Positions 47,682 through 59,700 of a stretch of 64,000 nucleotides of DNA are shown here, piece after piece. The notes under the pieces were generated by a model, which ran no database searches, was not told the origin of the DNA, and was given only the letters and a program-made list of their open reading frames with translations. Each line of letters opens with the position of its first letter. The first letter of the stretch is position 1. Source of the stretch: Rebecca billardiae RCC1528. Taxonomy: Eukaryota > Protista > Haptophyta. The stretch is from contig OZ251225.1 in assembly GCA_965240325.2 (NCBI GenBank), positions 186,001-250,000 of the forward strand, given 5' to 3'. A program made the translations under genes and the position numbers.

Positions 47682-49674
47682 TCAGCCGGCGAAGACGTTG
47701 GTGAAGGTCTCGAGGCAGGTGACGATCGTGCCCAGGATGCACATGAGTACGCCAAAGCCGATCGTGCCGCGCGCGAGCATCGCGCGGCCGGACGAGCCCG
47801 CGTTGCGCGCCTTTGCGAGCTTGAGGTCGATGAGCGCTGGCCACACGAAGATGAGCAGCGCGCCGAGCGACGCGCCCGAGACGGAGGCGACGAAGCCGAC
47901 GTCCGTCGCGACGATGGCGACGAGCGTGACGAGCGCGAGCATCGCGGCGGTGAGCGCCGCCCACGCGCGCGTGGAGCTCGCCACCGCGTCCCCCAGCCTC
48001 GTGCCCTGCACGCACGACAGCACCGCGTCCCGCAGCGACGTGAAGAGCAGCGGGTGGGAGCCCAGGATGGACACGCCCGTCGCCACGCGCGCGCCGGTGG
48101 CGAGCGCGTCCTTGCTCAGGTGGTAGTTGTTCAGGATGAGCCCCTGCGTCGCGCCGCCAAACGTGGCGTACCCGGCGACCTGCGAAGCGCGCGCCGCGCG
48201 GCGGGGGCGGCGGTGAGCACGCCGCCGCGCGGCGCTCGCGCGCGGCTGCGCGCGCGGCGCTCGGGCGCGTGCGCCTCGCACCATCACCAGCGCGTGCGCG
48301 AGCGCGGCCGCGCCAAAGCCTATCCCGCACACGGCGGCGAAGCGGTTGACGCTCTTGCGCCGCAGCTCGCCGTAGAAGCGCACCGCGTTCGTGTGCGCCA
48401 TGTACGCGGTGGAGAGCATGTTGAAGAGGACAAACGTGCCCGCAGACAGCCCGAGCGCGGAGCGCTGGCCGAGCAGAGGCGCGAACGGCACCGCGGCCGC
48501 GCCGACGCCGTCGGCGAGGAAGCGGCCGGCCGCCGCGTACGAGCCGTCCAGCCAGCGGCGCACGATCACCACGGCGGTGTAGATCACGGCGGCGATGCCC
48601 GTGTACGAGGTGAAGGCGAGCGCCTGCGGCCGCGCGCGCACGCCGCCGGGCGCACCGCCGGGCGCGGGCGGCGATGAGCTCCGCGCGCCGCCGGGCGCGG
48701 CGGTGCGCAGACTCACACAGACGCCCCGCACGCCCCGCGCGACGCGCACGCGCACGCGCACGACGTGCGCGCCGCGGGCAGCGGCCGCAGCGCCGCGCCG
48801 TGCCGCGCACGTCGGCGCGCCCCCCGCCCGCGCGCCCTCACCGAGAGGTCCTTCTGCAGCGCGAGCGGCAGCAGGATGAGCGAGGACACGCCCACCAGCG
48901 CCTGTGCGCGCGAGAGCGACGGGATCAGCGCCGGGATCAGGTCGCCAAAGAAGCAGCCGTACATCACCTGTGCGCGCGGGGGGCGGGTGCGAGGGGCGGC
49001 GATGGGCGCGGACGGGGGGTGGCGCGCGACGCCGAGCTCAGCGCGCGCACAGCGGCGGTGCCGGCCGCAGCGGCGGCGAGCGCAGACACCGGCGCGGCAG
49101 CAGCGGCAGCAGCAGCGGCAGCACAGCAGCAGCAGCAGCAGCACAGCAGCGGCAGCAGCGGCAGCAGGGGTAGCAGCGGCAGCAGCCACACCGTCGCAGA
49201 GAAGGCGATGCCGATGATGGTGGCGTCGACGATCCACGCCGACTTGGGGCCGATGGAGCGCTTCCATAGCTCGCGGAACGACGTCGCCCCCGTCCGCTCC
49301 ACGCCCGAGCCCACAAGCACGAACGTGTACGCGGACGCGAGCGCAGAGAAGACACACAGGCCGATCGCAGGCCCAAAGCCCGTGCCGGTGGCGGCGGCCA
49401 TGCCGGCCGGCAGCGCGAGCATGCCGCCGCCGACAATGTTCTTTGCGAGCGCGACCGACGAGGCGGAGATGCTCATCCCCTCGTTCGAGTCGCCCTGCGC
49501 GTTGGCCGCCGCAGTCGACATCGTCGGCCGCTTGGCGACAGGCGCGCGCGCGCGCATGGCGCCGCGCGCACGCGCCGAGCCGACGGCGGGCGTGTCGCGC
49601 GCCGCCGCGAGGCGCATGCCCGACGAGCATGCGAGCACTGCCGAGAGCACCAGCGCGCGCCGGATCGTCGCCAT
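47682..49674 (-). CDS. Amino-acid/auxin permease (AAAP/SLC38-like) transporter with N-terminal presequence; exons 49674-49192, 48967-48842, 48623-48282, 48179-47682
   Basis: SVALAKNIVGGGMLALP; LLPLALQKDLS|ALAFTS; AYMAHTNA; AGYATFG..TQGLILNNY; HPLLF; SGASLGALLIFVWPA. Three phase-0 GT-AG introns; intron 1 holds a (CTG)n tract. Confidence 0.92.
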
Positions 49675-50169
49675 CCTGGACAGTGATGCACGCGCGGACG
49701 GCCTGCGGCTGGGCTGCTCAGCTGGGAGGAGCTTGATTGCGCCGACGCCTTCGCGCCACGCGGTCGACGACGGCTCACGCACACGCGCTGCGGAGTCTGA
49801 AGTCCTAAATACAGCAGTGTAACTCCTAAGTAATCGACAGCCGGGCGGCGGCACTGGACTCAGCTCACAGTCGTCTGAGTGTCTGACTGACTTGGTAGTC
49901 AGTCCTGATCAGTTGACAATACGGCGACGCGACAGTACATGTATCATACTGCATGATTCATGCTAAGCTCAGTGCTCTACAGAGACTACGACTGTGAGTA
50001 GCTACATCAGTGTCGCGTGAGCACTGCTGTGGCCGTGGGGCTGTGCAGCCCCTCGACGCAGCCTGCCGGTCATGACTCATGGGCGCCCCGATCCAGGCAC
50101 CGTGCCATCACGCGCGTAGCCTCAACCTGTCAGAACGGAGCCGCAGTGATTGGACGCGGTGCGGCGCGG

Positions 50170-50835
50170 TCATGGGCGCAGGGGCTTGAGGCCCTCGCGC
50201 GCGCGCGCATCGTTGAGCTGGCGCAGCCCCGTCGGCGCGTTCGCGAGCAGCTTGACGAGCTGCGACGTCGAGCAGCCGAGCCGGTCGGCGGCCGCGCGCA
50301 CATCCCACTCCGCCGCGGCCAGGCAGTCCAGCGCCTCCGCGACGAGTGAGGGGAAGGCAGCGTTCGTGTCAGAGACGCTGATCCGGCCAGCCTTCGAGCA
50401 GCGCGACTTCCACAGCGCCGAGGGCACGTCCTCGCGCGGCGTGCGCACGCTCTCGGCCAGCCGCACGCGCAGCCGGCGCAGCGCAACCTCCTGGTTCTGC
50501 GCGGCCGAGCGGCGCTCCGACGCCTCCGCCTGCACGCCCGTCGGCTCGTGTAGGGCAACGACGGCGGTCTCCACCTTGTTGCGGTGCTGCCCGCCGGGGC
50601 CCGACGTGCGCTTCCGCCTGAGCGTGCACTGCTTGAGCAGCTCGCGCTCGTCCAGGTCTGCGGGGTGCCCGGCGGCGGGCGGCGGCACGAGCGCTCGCGG
50701 CGTGCAGAGCCCCCTGCGGAAGGCCAGAGCGCGTGCACCGTAGGCGTGGGGTACGGCATGCGCATGCCAGCCCAGCGCACCGCGGACGAGCGCTCCCGCC
50801 GTCGACGACACGAGCACGAGCCGGAGAGCGCGCAT
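50170..50835 (-). CDS. Class I release-factor-like GGQ protein (organellar ribosome-rescue type)
   Basis: LLKQC...RTSGPGGQHRNKVETAV...HEPTGV.AEASERRS..QN..AL.RLR. No stop-codon recognition domains. Basic N-terminal presequence. Confidence 0.88.
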   Translation of the reverse strand: MRALRLVLVSSTAGALVRGALGWHAHAVPHAYGARALAFRRGLCTPRALVPPPAAGHPADLDERELLKQCTLRRKRTSGPGGQHRNKVETAVVALHEPTGVQAEASERRSAAQNQEVALRRLRVRLAESVRTPREDVPSALWKSRCSKAGRISVSDTNAAFPSLVAEALDCLAAAEWDVRAAADRLGCSTSQLVKLLANAPTGLRQLNDARAREGLKPLRP

Positions 50836-51035
50836 GCGGATGGTGATGACTGACACTGACGCCCCGAATATGCTCTGCTGGAAGAAGGAAAAGAAAAGCG
50901 GCGCGGAAAATATCGATTTTTCGGGTGTTGGCTTTTCCGCCGGACGACTGTCTCGCCAGCAGTTACGGACGAGGGTGGCTGTGCGAGCGCCAGCGGCGCT
51001 TCCCAAGCTCCCCGACCCGCGCGCAGCCGCGCGCG

Positions 51036-53964
51036 ATGGCGGGCCTCTCGCGCGAGATCCTTAAGTGGATCCAGTCGCTCGACCTGTCGTACTCCGTCAA
51101 GAACACGCGGCGCGACTTCTCCAACGGCTTCCTCGTCGCCGAGATCTTCTCGCGCTACTACCCGTCGGACGTGCAGATGCACTCGTACGACAACGGCATC
51201 TCGCTGCCGCGCAAGCTGGACAACTGGAAGCAGCTCGAGAAGTTCTTCAAGCGGTCGGGCGTGCCGATCTCGCGCGACATGATCGACGCGGTGATCCACT
51301 CGAAGCCCGACGCCGCCATCCCGCTGATCGAGGCGATGTTTGCTTTCCTCACGTCGAGGCCCGTCCCGCCGCGCGGCGCGACGCGCGGGCTCGCGGCGGA
51401 GCAGGCGGCGGCGGACGCGCCGCCGTTCGCGCGGCCGACGGCGGCGATGGCGGCGCACCTCGCCTTCACCGAGTCCGAGGCGAAGACCAACCTCCAGGAC
51501 ACGACCAAGCAGACGGCGATCGCGGGCGCGACCGTGGAGCAGCACAACCACACGCTCGCCGCGGACCGCGTGGCCGACCCGGCGCGGTACGCGACGAACG
51601 CGGGGGGCGGCACGGCGCGGATGATGCTCACGCGCGGCCCGCCGCGCCCCGTCGGGCGCACCGCCGACTCGGACGTCGTCCACTTCCAGAACGTCAACGT
51701 CAAGCCGCTCGAGGGCACGGTGGCGCAGCGGCTGCGCGCGGTCGCGGGCGGCGCGGGCGGTGGCGGCGGCGGCGGCGGCGGCGGCGGGTACGAGGAGGCG
51801 CTGTCGGCGTCGGCGTCGGGCTTCGGGCTGGGCGAGGGCGCCGACGGCATGCCGCCCTCCCTCGGCGGCGGCGCGCCCCAGCCGCAGGGCCCCACCGTCC
51901 TCGAGCTGCTCGACGGCCACGTGCGCAACTGGCTGGGCGGCGCGGCCGAGTCGGGCCGCGCGCCGCGCGCCGCCGCGACGCTCGAGGGTCTGCCGAGCGA
52001 GCGGCCGCGCAACCTGCTGGTCGCGCTGGCGGACGCGCTGGGCGCGGGCGAGCTGAGCCCCGCGCAGGCCGCCGAGGCCCTCGACGCCACGCGCGCCCTC
52101 GCCCCCGCCCTCGCGCGCGCGTGCGCGGCCTCGCCCAAGCAGACGTGGGCGCTGCTCGGCGCGTACGGCGCCGCAGTGGGCGCGCTCGACGCGCACGCGG
52201 GCGCGCAGCCGGCGGTGGAGGCGGCGGTGGGCGCGCTGTGCGAGGTGGGCGCGCGGCTCGCGGCGGCGGAGCCGCAGCACGCCGACGCCACCGTGCGCGA
52301 GCTCGTCGCCCCGCGCATCTGCGCGCACGTGGCGCAGCTGCCGCGGCAGCGGCGCGCCCTGCTCTCCTGCCTGTGGTCCTTCCTGCCGCCGGGCGGCCGC
52401 GGCGCCGAGGCGCGCATCGCGGCGATCAAGGCGCTGCAGACGGAGCTGCCGAGCCAGGAGCTGTTCCTCGAGGCGCTCGCGCACGTCGTCAGCTTCGAGC
52501 CGCGCGCCGCCGGCGGCCCCGGCCTCGACGACCAGTGGCTCCTCGACCTGTACGCGTACTACGCGCGCGTGGGGCTCTCCAAGCCGGGCGGCGGCGCGCG
52601 CTGCGCGGGGCTGCACGTGCTGCGCGTGCTCTGCGTGGCGGGGCACGCGGAGGTGGCGCTGGGGGCGCTGCCGCGGCTCGAGGCGATGGGGGACGACCCG
52701 TCGTGGGAGGTGCGCGCCGCCCTCGGCGCGCTCTGCGCCGAGCTCCTCACCGCGCTCGGCCGCGCCGCCGTGCACACGGCCAGCTCGGGCGGCGGCGCTT
52801 CGGCGCGCGCCGACGCGGCCGCGGCCGCGGCCGCGGCCGCGGCCGCGGGCCTGCCGCCGGGCGCGGCGGAGGCGGACCCGGTGGCGCGGCTGCGCGAGCA
52901 GGCGGCGGTGCTCACGCTCGCCGCGCGGCTGCTCGACGCGCCCGCCTCGCCCGCCCTCGCCGGCGCCCAGCTCGTCCACCTCGCCCCGCACCTGGGTTCA
53001 CACGCGGAGCTGCGCGCGCCTTTTGTGGCGGCGCTGCTGCGGCTGCCGATGGGCGCGCTGCGCAGCCTGCTGGTCGGCGAGGTGGTGGCGGGGTGCCCCG
53101 CGCCGGGGGCGGCGCCGTTCGCGCTCGCCGCCGCGCGCGAGGACGCCCTCGTCGACGGCGCCTTCGCCCCGCTCGGCCTCCGCTGGGACCCGCTCGTGCT
53201 CGCGCGCGCGCTCGCCGCGGCCGTGCAGGCGGCTTCGTTGGACGCGCTCGCGCCGAGGCACGTGGCGGTCACGCTCGCGCTCGCGCAGCGCGCGCAGGTG
53301 CGGCGCGGGCGGGCGGGCCCTCCGGCGGGCGGCGTCGCCCCCCGCCCTCGCGCCCCGCTCACCCTCCCCGCCCCCCTCCTCCGCCCACCGCCCGCCCCGC
53401 CCAGCGCGGCGGCGGCTGGTCCGAGTGGTTCTTCGCGTTCAAGGACTACTTGTATGTCTCCCTGGCGGACGAGGGCGTGGCCGCGGACGCGGCGCGCGCG
53501 CTCGAGGCGCTCTTCATGGCGCTGAGGGTGCGCGGCAGCGCGGCACGCCGCGCCGCGCCCGGCTGCGCGCCGAGGTGCCCGTCGCACGCGCCTCCGCCTC
53601 CGCCCCGCCGAGGCCTCGCCGCGCTCACTCCCGCCCGCTGCCGTGCGCTGCGTGCCGTGCGCGTGCGTGTGCACACGTGCGTGCGCGCGTGCGTGCGCGC
53701 GCGCGTGCGCAGGAGGACGCGGTGCCCACCTTCTCCACGCTGCTCTCCGCGCTGCGCATGGTCTTCCCGCACGGCGCGCCGGCGTGCCGCTCGGCGTGCG
53801 TCACGCTGCTCACCAGCCTCGCGCGCGCCGAGCCGCCCTTCCCCGCGGCGGTCGCGCACCTCGCCGCCAGCCTGCCGCCGGAGCTCGCCGCCTCGGAGCT
53901 GAGCGCGGTCGTGGACGTGGTGCGCGGCGTCGGCGGCGCCGGTGCGCCACCGATCGGCGCGTGA
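51036..53964 (+). CDS. SPATA4: SPATA4-like calponin-homology (CH_2) protein with long helical C-terminus; exons 51036-53297, 53405-53527, 53713-53964
   Basis: [59 protein letters not shown]. Two phase-0 GT-AG introns. Confidence 0.88.
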
Positions 53965-54219
53965 TCGACGCGGCGAGGGCTGTCCATCGGCGTTGTGTCG
54001 GCGGCGCGCCGGCTCGTCGGCAGCAGATGGCCTCGCGGCGCACAGGCACGGCGGCTCATGGCGGCTCACCGCAGACACGGACTACGGTCCGTCACGGAGC
54101 TCAGATCGCACTCGGCATGATCGTCACGGAGCGGAGTGCGCGCATGACATCATCATCAGGGACACTGACGATGATGATGACGACTGTCGATCGATGACGA
54201 GATCGCTGACTGCTACTTT

Positions 54220-54250
54220 TATATATATATATGATATACAATATATATAA
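54220..54250. repeat. TA-rich tract (second tract at 54786-54803)
   Basis: Directly visible. Confidence 0.8.
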
Positions 54251-56088
54251 GCAAAGAACGCAGAGGAGACTTGGGACCTCGGGCTTTGGCCTTTGCAGAT
54301 GATGCGCCTCAGCGGCTCAGGCTGCCAAGCAGGGGCTGCCGAGAGATGAGCAGCTCGGCCTGAAAGGTCGTCTAAGCGATGACGATCGAGCGAGCTCTGC
54401 TAGGTGATGGGCTGCTTGATGAGCTTTGGTAAGCAGTTGCCACGCCGACTTAAGATGACCTTGGATATGATCTCGAGCGCCGGATAGTGGAGAGGAGCGG
54501 GTACTTACAGAGGAGCCAGTGTGGTTTACAGGCCGATATGAAAGGACCAGCGCCCGCCATGATGATGATAAAGGAAAGCTCCGTGGCCGATGAGCTCCGG
54601 AAATCGACTGCAACTACCTGCAGGACCTAGAAGACGATGGCGGCCCTTGTCCACCAGCTGCGCGTTGCCTTTCCAGCCTCCCGACACTACACTTGGTTAT
54701 AACTCCGTTATACTTATAACGCCATATATATATACGTCGTTAATATACGACGACTACTACTTAGCGCGCTACTACTGTGCTATTAATATATATATATATA
54801 TATACGTAAGCTTTATGCGCGAGTATCGTGCGCGGCTGAACGCCGGCTGAAGTCCGCCGCCGGGTCAAAGTAACTACTCATCAAAGTTCGTTCTATCTAT
54901 TACCGTACGGCGTACCGTGTCGGTGGCAGTAGCGGGGCGCGGACAGCGGTTGCAGCCTCACGAGTCAGCCTGGCCTCGGCCTCGCTGACGCTGTGCCGGG
55001 CGCCGTCGGGCGGGCCGAGTCGGCTAGTACGGTACTCATCATCATCATGACAATCAATCAGTATAGGCCGGTATAGTCCGAGCAGTCGGCTCCGGTCGAT
55101 GACTCGAGGCATCCGGCCTGCCTCTGAGTGGCCGCCAGTCTGTCATCGTACATACGTGGCAGCATCGTCTCAGTCGCCGCGAACTCGTCTCGGGCTGTGA
55201 GCTACGACTGCTGCGTCTGCGTGCTATACAGTAGTTGGCGAGTAGACAGTAGTAGCAGTGACGAACTGCTAAGTGCTAGTGAAGAGTCACGGTCGGCCAG
55301 ACGTCCTGACGAGTACGAAACTACGACGACACAGTGCAATGATACTGATATCCAGCTGTGACACGGGGCTGCTCACGGCTCACTCAGTGTGTCAATTAGC
55401 TTACGACAGCGCATTATCATCACTGCTACATGCAGCACTGTGCCCTCAGTGTCAGCCGTGCCGCGGACTCGGCAGCGCACCGGGCCTGCCGCCTGCCGAG
55501 CCGAGCCCTAGAGCCCCTATAGACTCGCGCTATAGCTAGACGAGACTGTGAGAGTCCAAGATAGCACTTAGCAGTAGCAGAGTACGAGTACGGAGACTTG
55601 CCGCGCCTGCCTTTGCCTTGGCGGGCTGCTAGTTCGGAGTGCGGGCCCCGGAGTGCCTGCCGCCAGAGTGCCGGCCTCACCGTGAGTAGTCACTACACTG
55701 TCACTGACTGTCACCGTAGTGCATGACTCGGTAGGCGCGGGCGCGATGGCCTCGTCGCGCCGCCGACTGCTGTCTGCTGATCCCGGGTGCGATATGGCAC
55801 GGCGGATTCTCCGCGCCACGGTCCTGACGATCGATGCTGTATATATATGTCATCAGTAGTGGCAGCCGTGGCTGTCAACAGTCTGCGCCGATGTGAAGCC
55901 TGTGACGACTGACGCGGTCCGCGCCCAATGGCCGTGGACCTTCACCTTGCGTTCGCGTATATCCACGTGACCGCCAGTGAAGGCAGTGAACCACATGACG
56001 CCGACGGGTCGTCCGAGACGTCACTCGTCATCCGTGCGTCCACGCGCATCACCGCAGATCATCACGGCTACAGCTGCGTGCGTGCGCA

Positions 56089-56723
56089 TCAGCTGCTCGC
56101 CCCGCGCCGCCGCGCGCCGCCCAGCATGGCTGCGAACGGGTTGACAATCATCGAGCCGAGCGGCGAGCCGAGCGGCGGGCCCGGCGCCGCCGCGCTCGCT
56201 GCGCCCGCATCGGCCGTCCCAGCGCGCGTGGCCCAGCTGGGCGCGGCCGCGTCCGCGCCGCCCGGCGAGCGCGGGGCCGCGTGCTCTGCGCGGCCGCCCC
56301 CGTTGGGCACGCCACCTCCCGGCCCGTCGGCGCGCGGGCGCGCCGGCTGCTCCTCCGGCTCGAGCTGCGAGCTGGACGCGGAGGCGGCGAAGAGGTCCGC
56401 GGCGAGCTCGGCCGCGTGGTGCGCCGCCTCTCCCATCGGCGCGTCCGACGTCGCCCACGGGTCGTCGGCGGAGCCGGCCGAGGGCAGGGACGACGCCGAC
56501 GCGTCGGCGGCGATGGCGGCGTGCGGCGGCGCGGCCGGCGGCGCGGCCGCGCGCGCGCCGCCCTCGGCCGCGCCGGCTGCCGTCGCCGCGCGCGCCGCTC
56601 GCACGCCCACGCCCACCTTGAAGCGCGCGCCGCACACGCCGCACTTGACGCGCGGCGTCGCCTCGTCCGAGCGGAAGCCGAGCTTGGCCTCGCACTTGGG
56701 GCACGCGACCATGAAGCGCTGCG

Positions 56724-56767
<44 letters not shown>

Positions 56768-59700
56768 TCCGCCGCGGCCGCGCTCGGCGGCGCGCCGCGC
56801 GCCGGCGGCGTGCTGACGGCCGCGGCCGCGGCGGGCGGCGTGGACGGCGCCGCGCCGTGGCCGGCGGCCGCGCGGTGCAGCGGCCCGGGCAGCCTGCGCA
56901 GCCCGCGCACCGCCGCGCTCCACCCCGAGTGCAGCCCGCCGCCCACCAGCCCGCCGAGCGGGCTGGTGGGCGCGTGCTGCTGCCCGGCCGCGGCCGCCGC
57001 CTCCGCCTGCGCCTCGCGCACAAACTGCGCGCTCAGCTGCTCGGTGGGCATGGGCAGCGCGAGGAAGGCGACGAGCACGGGCATGCGCATGCACAGCCGG
57101 TCGGCGGTGAGCGCGTGCAGCAGCCGCTGCAGCAGCTCGCGCCGCTCCTGCACGATCAGCGAGACGTGGCCGAGCGGCCCCGCCGCGCGTCGCTTCTCCG
57201 CCGCGAGCGCGCGCGCCCACCCCTCGAGCATGCCCACGGTCGGCGCGCGCTCGCCCGCGTGCGCGGCGGCCTCGGCGCGCAGCTCGGCGAGCAGCTGCAC
57301 AAAGCTCGAGAAGCGGCGGAAGATGAGCGCGCTCTGCACGTCGCCGAGGAGCCCCCACGACACCTGCACCTTGTACACGGCGTACGCGCTCTTGCCCTTC
57401 ACGATCTCGAAGCCGCTCACCACGGCCTGCACGCTCAGCGGGACGCGGCAGCGCGCGCCGCCGGGCGCACAGCCCGGCTGTGCGCCGGGCGCGCGCTGCT
57501 GCTGCTCGTGGTGCGCGAGGATGCCGTCGTCGTGCTCGTCGGACCACTCCGCGCCCTCGGCCGCGGCGTGCGGCCCGCCGTTCTGCGCCGCGCCGCCCGC
57601 CGCCGCGCCCGCGTCCGCGTCCGCGTCCGCCGCGGCGGCGTCCGCGGCGGCGGCGGCGGCGGCGGCGCACGCATCCGCCTCGAGCATGGCCGCCAGGGCC
57701 GCCTCCGCGGCGGCGAGGTCCTCGGTCGAGGGCACGGAGGCGACGGGCGCGGGCGGCGCGAGCTGCGGCGCGCTCGGCTGCGGGGGCGGCTGCGGCGCCT
57801 CCGCCTCGAGCTCGTCCTGCTGCGGCTGCGGCTGCGGCTGCGGCTGCGGCTGCGGCTGCGGCTGCGGCGTAGACTCTGATACCGCCTCCGCCGCCGCGCG
57901 CGCTGCGCCGGCGCCGTCTGGCGGCGACGCTGCGGCCGTCGCGGCTGCTGCGCGCGGCGCGCAGCGTGCGGCAGCGGCAGCGGCGGCAGCAGCGGCAGCA
58001 GCGGCAGCGGCGGCAGCAGAGGCAGCAGCGGCAGCAGAGGCAGCGCCCTCCTCGGCTGCGGCGCCGCGCTCGGCCGCACCCACTCCGTCGGCCGCGCCCT
58101 CTGCGCGGGCGGCTGCCGGGCCCTCCGCGCCGCTCGCGCCCTGCGCGGCGCACGCCGCCGTGTCGGCGCGCGGCGCGGCCGTCGGCGCGCCCGCGCCCGC
58201 GCCCAGCGCCGCGGCAGCCGCCTCCTCCGCCGACAGCACGCACGGCGCGGCCGCCGCCGCCGCCGGCCTGCCCGGCGCTGCGCCGGCGGCGACGGCGGCC
58301 GCGCCGCACCGAGCGTCGGCGCCGGCTGGGTGGGGCGACGCGGCGGCGGGCGCGCCCGGCGGCGCGTCGGCCGCGGCGGGCCGCTCGGCGTGCTGCGCGC
58401 CGCGCGCCGCGCCCACCTGCGCCGCCCTGCTGCTGCCGTCCTGCTCGTCGTGCGCGGCGATCGCGGCCGAGCGGCTCGAGCGGCGGCGCGCGGCGGCGAG
58501 CGGCGCGCTCAGCACAGTCGCGCCGTTCTCGCGCGCGTGCGACCAGCCCGCGCTGAGGCTGGCGGCGACGCTCGCGGCGGCGGCGGGCAGCGCGCCGCCG
58601 CCCGGCGCGCCGCCGCCGCCCCCGCCGCCGCCCCCGCCGCCCGCGCCGTCCGCCGCCGCCGCCGCCACGAGCGCGCGCTCCGCGTCCAGGCCGCCGCGCT
58701 GCTGCCGCACGAGAGCGGCCGCGCCCACGTCGAGCCGGAAGGCGAAGGCCGAGAGCGTGCCGGCGAGCGGGAGGAAGCGCAGCGCCCAGTCGCCGTTGCG
58801 CACGTGCGCGTGCTCGTGGTACCAGAAGGAGAGCAGGTGCGGGTCTCCCGAGTGCAGCAGCCGCTCGAGGCAGCCTCCGAGCGAGCCGTCGTTCAGCGCC
58901 AGCCGCAGCCAGAGCGCTGCGTGTGTGCGCCATCAGCCAAGCGCGCGCACACACACACACGCGCGCGCCAGGGGGCGCGCGGGGCAGGGGGCGCGCGCGT
59001 GAGCGCTCGGCGAGCCAGGCCCGCCGGCACGCGCGGCGGGCCGGCGGGGCGGCGCGCGTGCGCGTGCGCGTGCGCGTGCGCGCACGTCCGCGCAGCGCCT
59101 CCTCCACGTCTGCGGTGCGCGCGGCCGCCACCGAGGCCGCGGCGGGGGGGTACTCCGCCTCGAGCGACTCGACAAAGTCGAAGAAGGTGGGCGGGCGGAG
59201 CCAGAGGTCGGCGAGGTGCTCCACCTTGAAGCCGTTCTCCAGCACGAGCTGCAGCACGCCCAGCACCTCGCACACCGCCGGCTGCCCCTCGTCGAACCCC
59301 TCGCGCGCCTCCGAGTCCGCGAGCGCGCGCACCGCCAGACGCATGCGGTCGATCAGCCCCTCGCGCGAGGTGTGCAAGCGGGCGTCCGCGCCAGCCCCGC
59401 CCGACGAGCCGTCGGCGGCATCGGAGGGCTCGGCGCCGCCGCCGCCGCCGCCGGCGCCGCCCTCGTGCCCGCTGCTCGACTGCCACCCGCTCAGCAGGTT
59501 GAGCGCCTCGTCGAGCGAGGCCGCGCCCGCTGAGCGCGCGATCGCGAGCGCGTCCTGGTCGTACCCGAGCAGGGTGAGCGCGGAGAGAGGGTCGGAGGAG
59601 GGGGAGGGCGGGGAAGGGGCGGCGGCGGCGGCGGGGCTGGGCGTGGGCGAGGGCGCAGCGCCGTCCACGCCGCCCTCGGCGCGAGCACCCTGGCCCGGCG

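Noticed and set aside
54250-56000. Short ORFs in the spacer between SPATA4 and the RUN-PX gene
   Set aside because: No motifs, repeats or coding bias that I can support.
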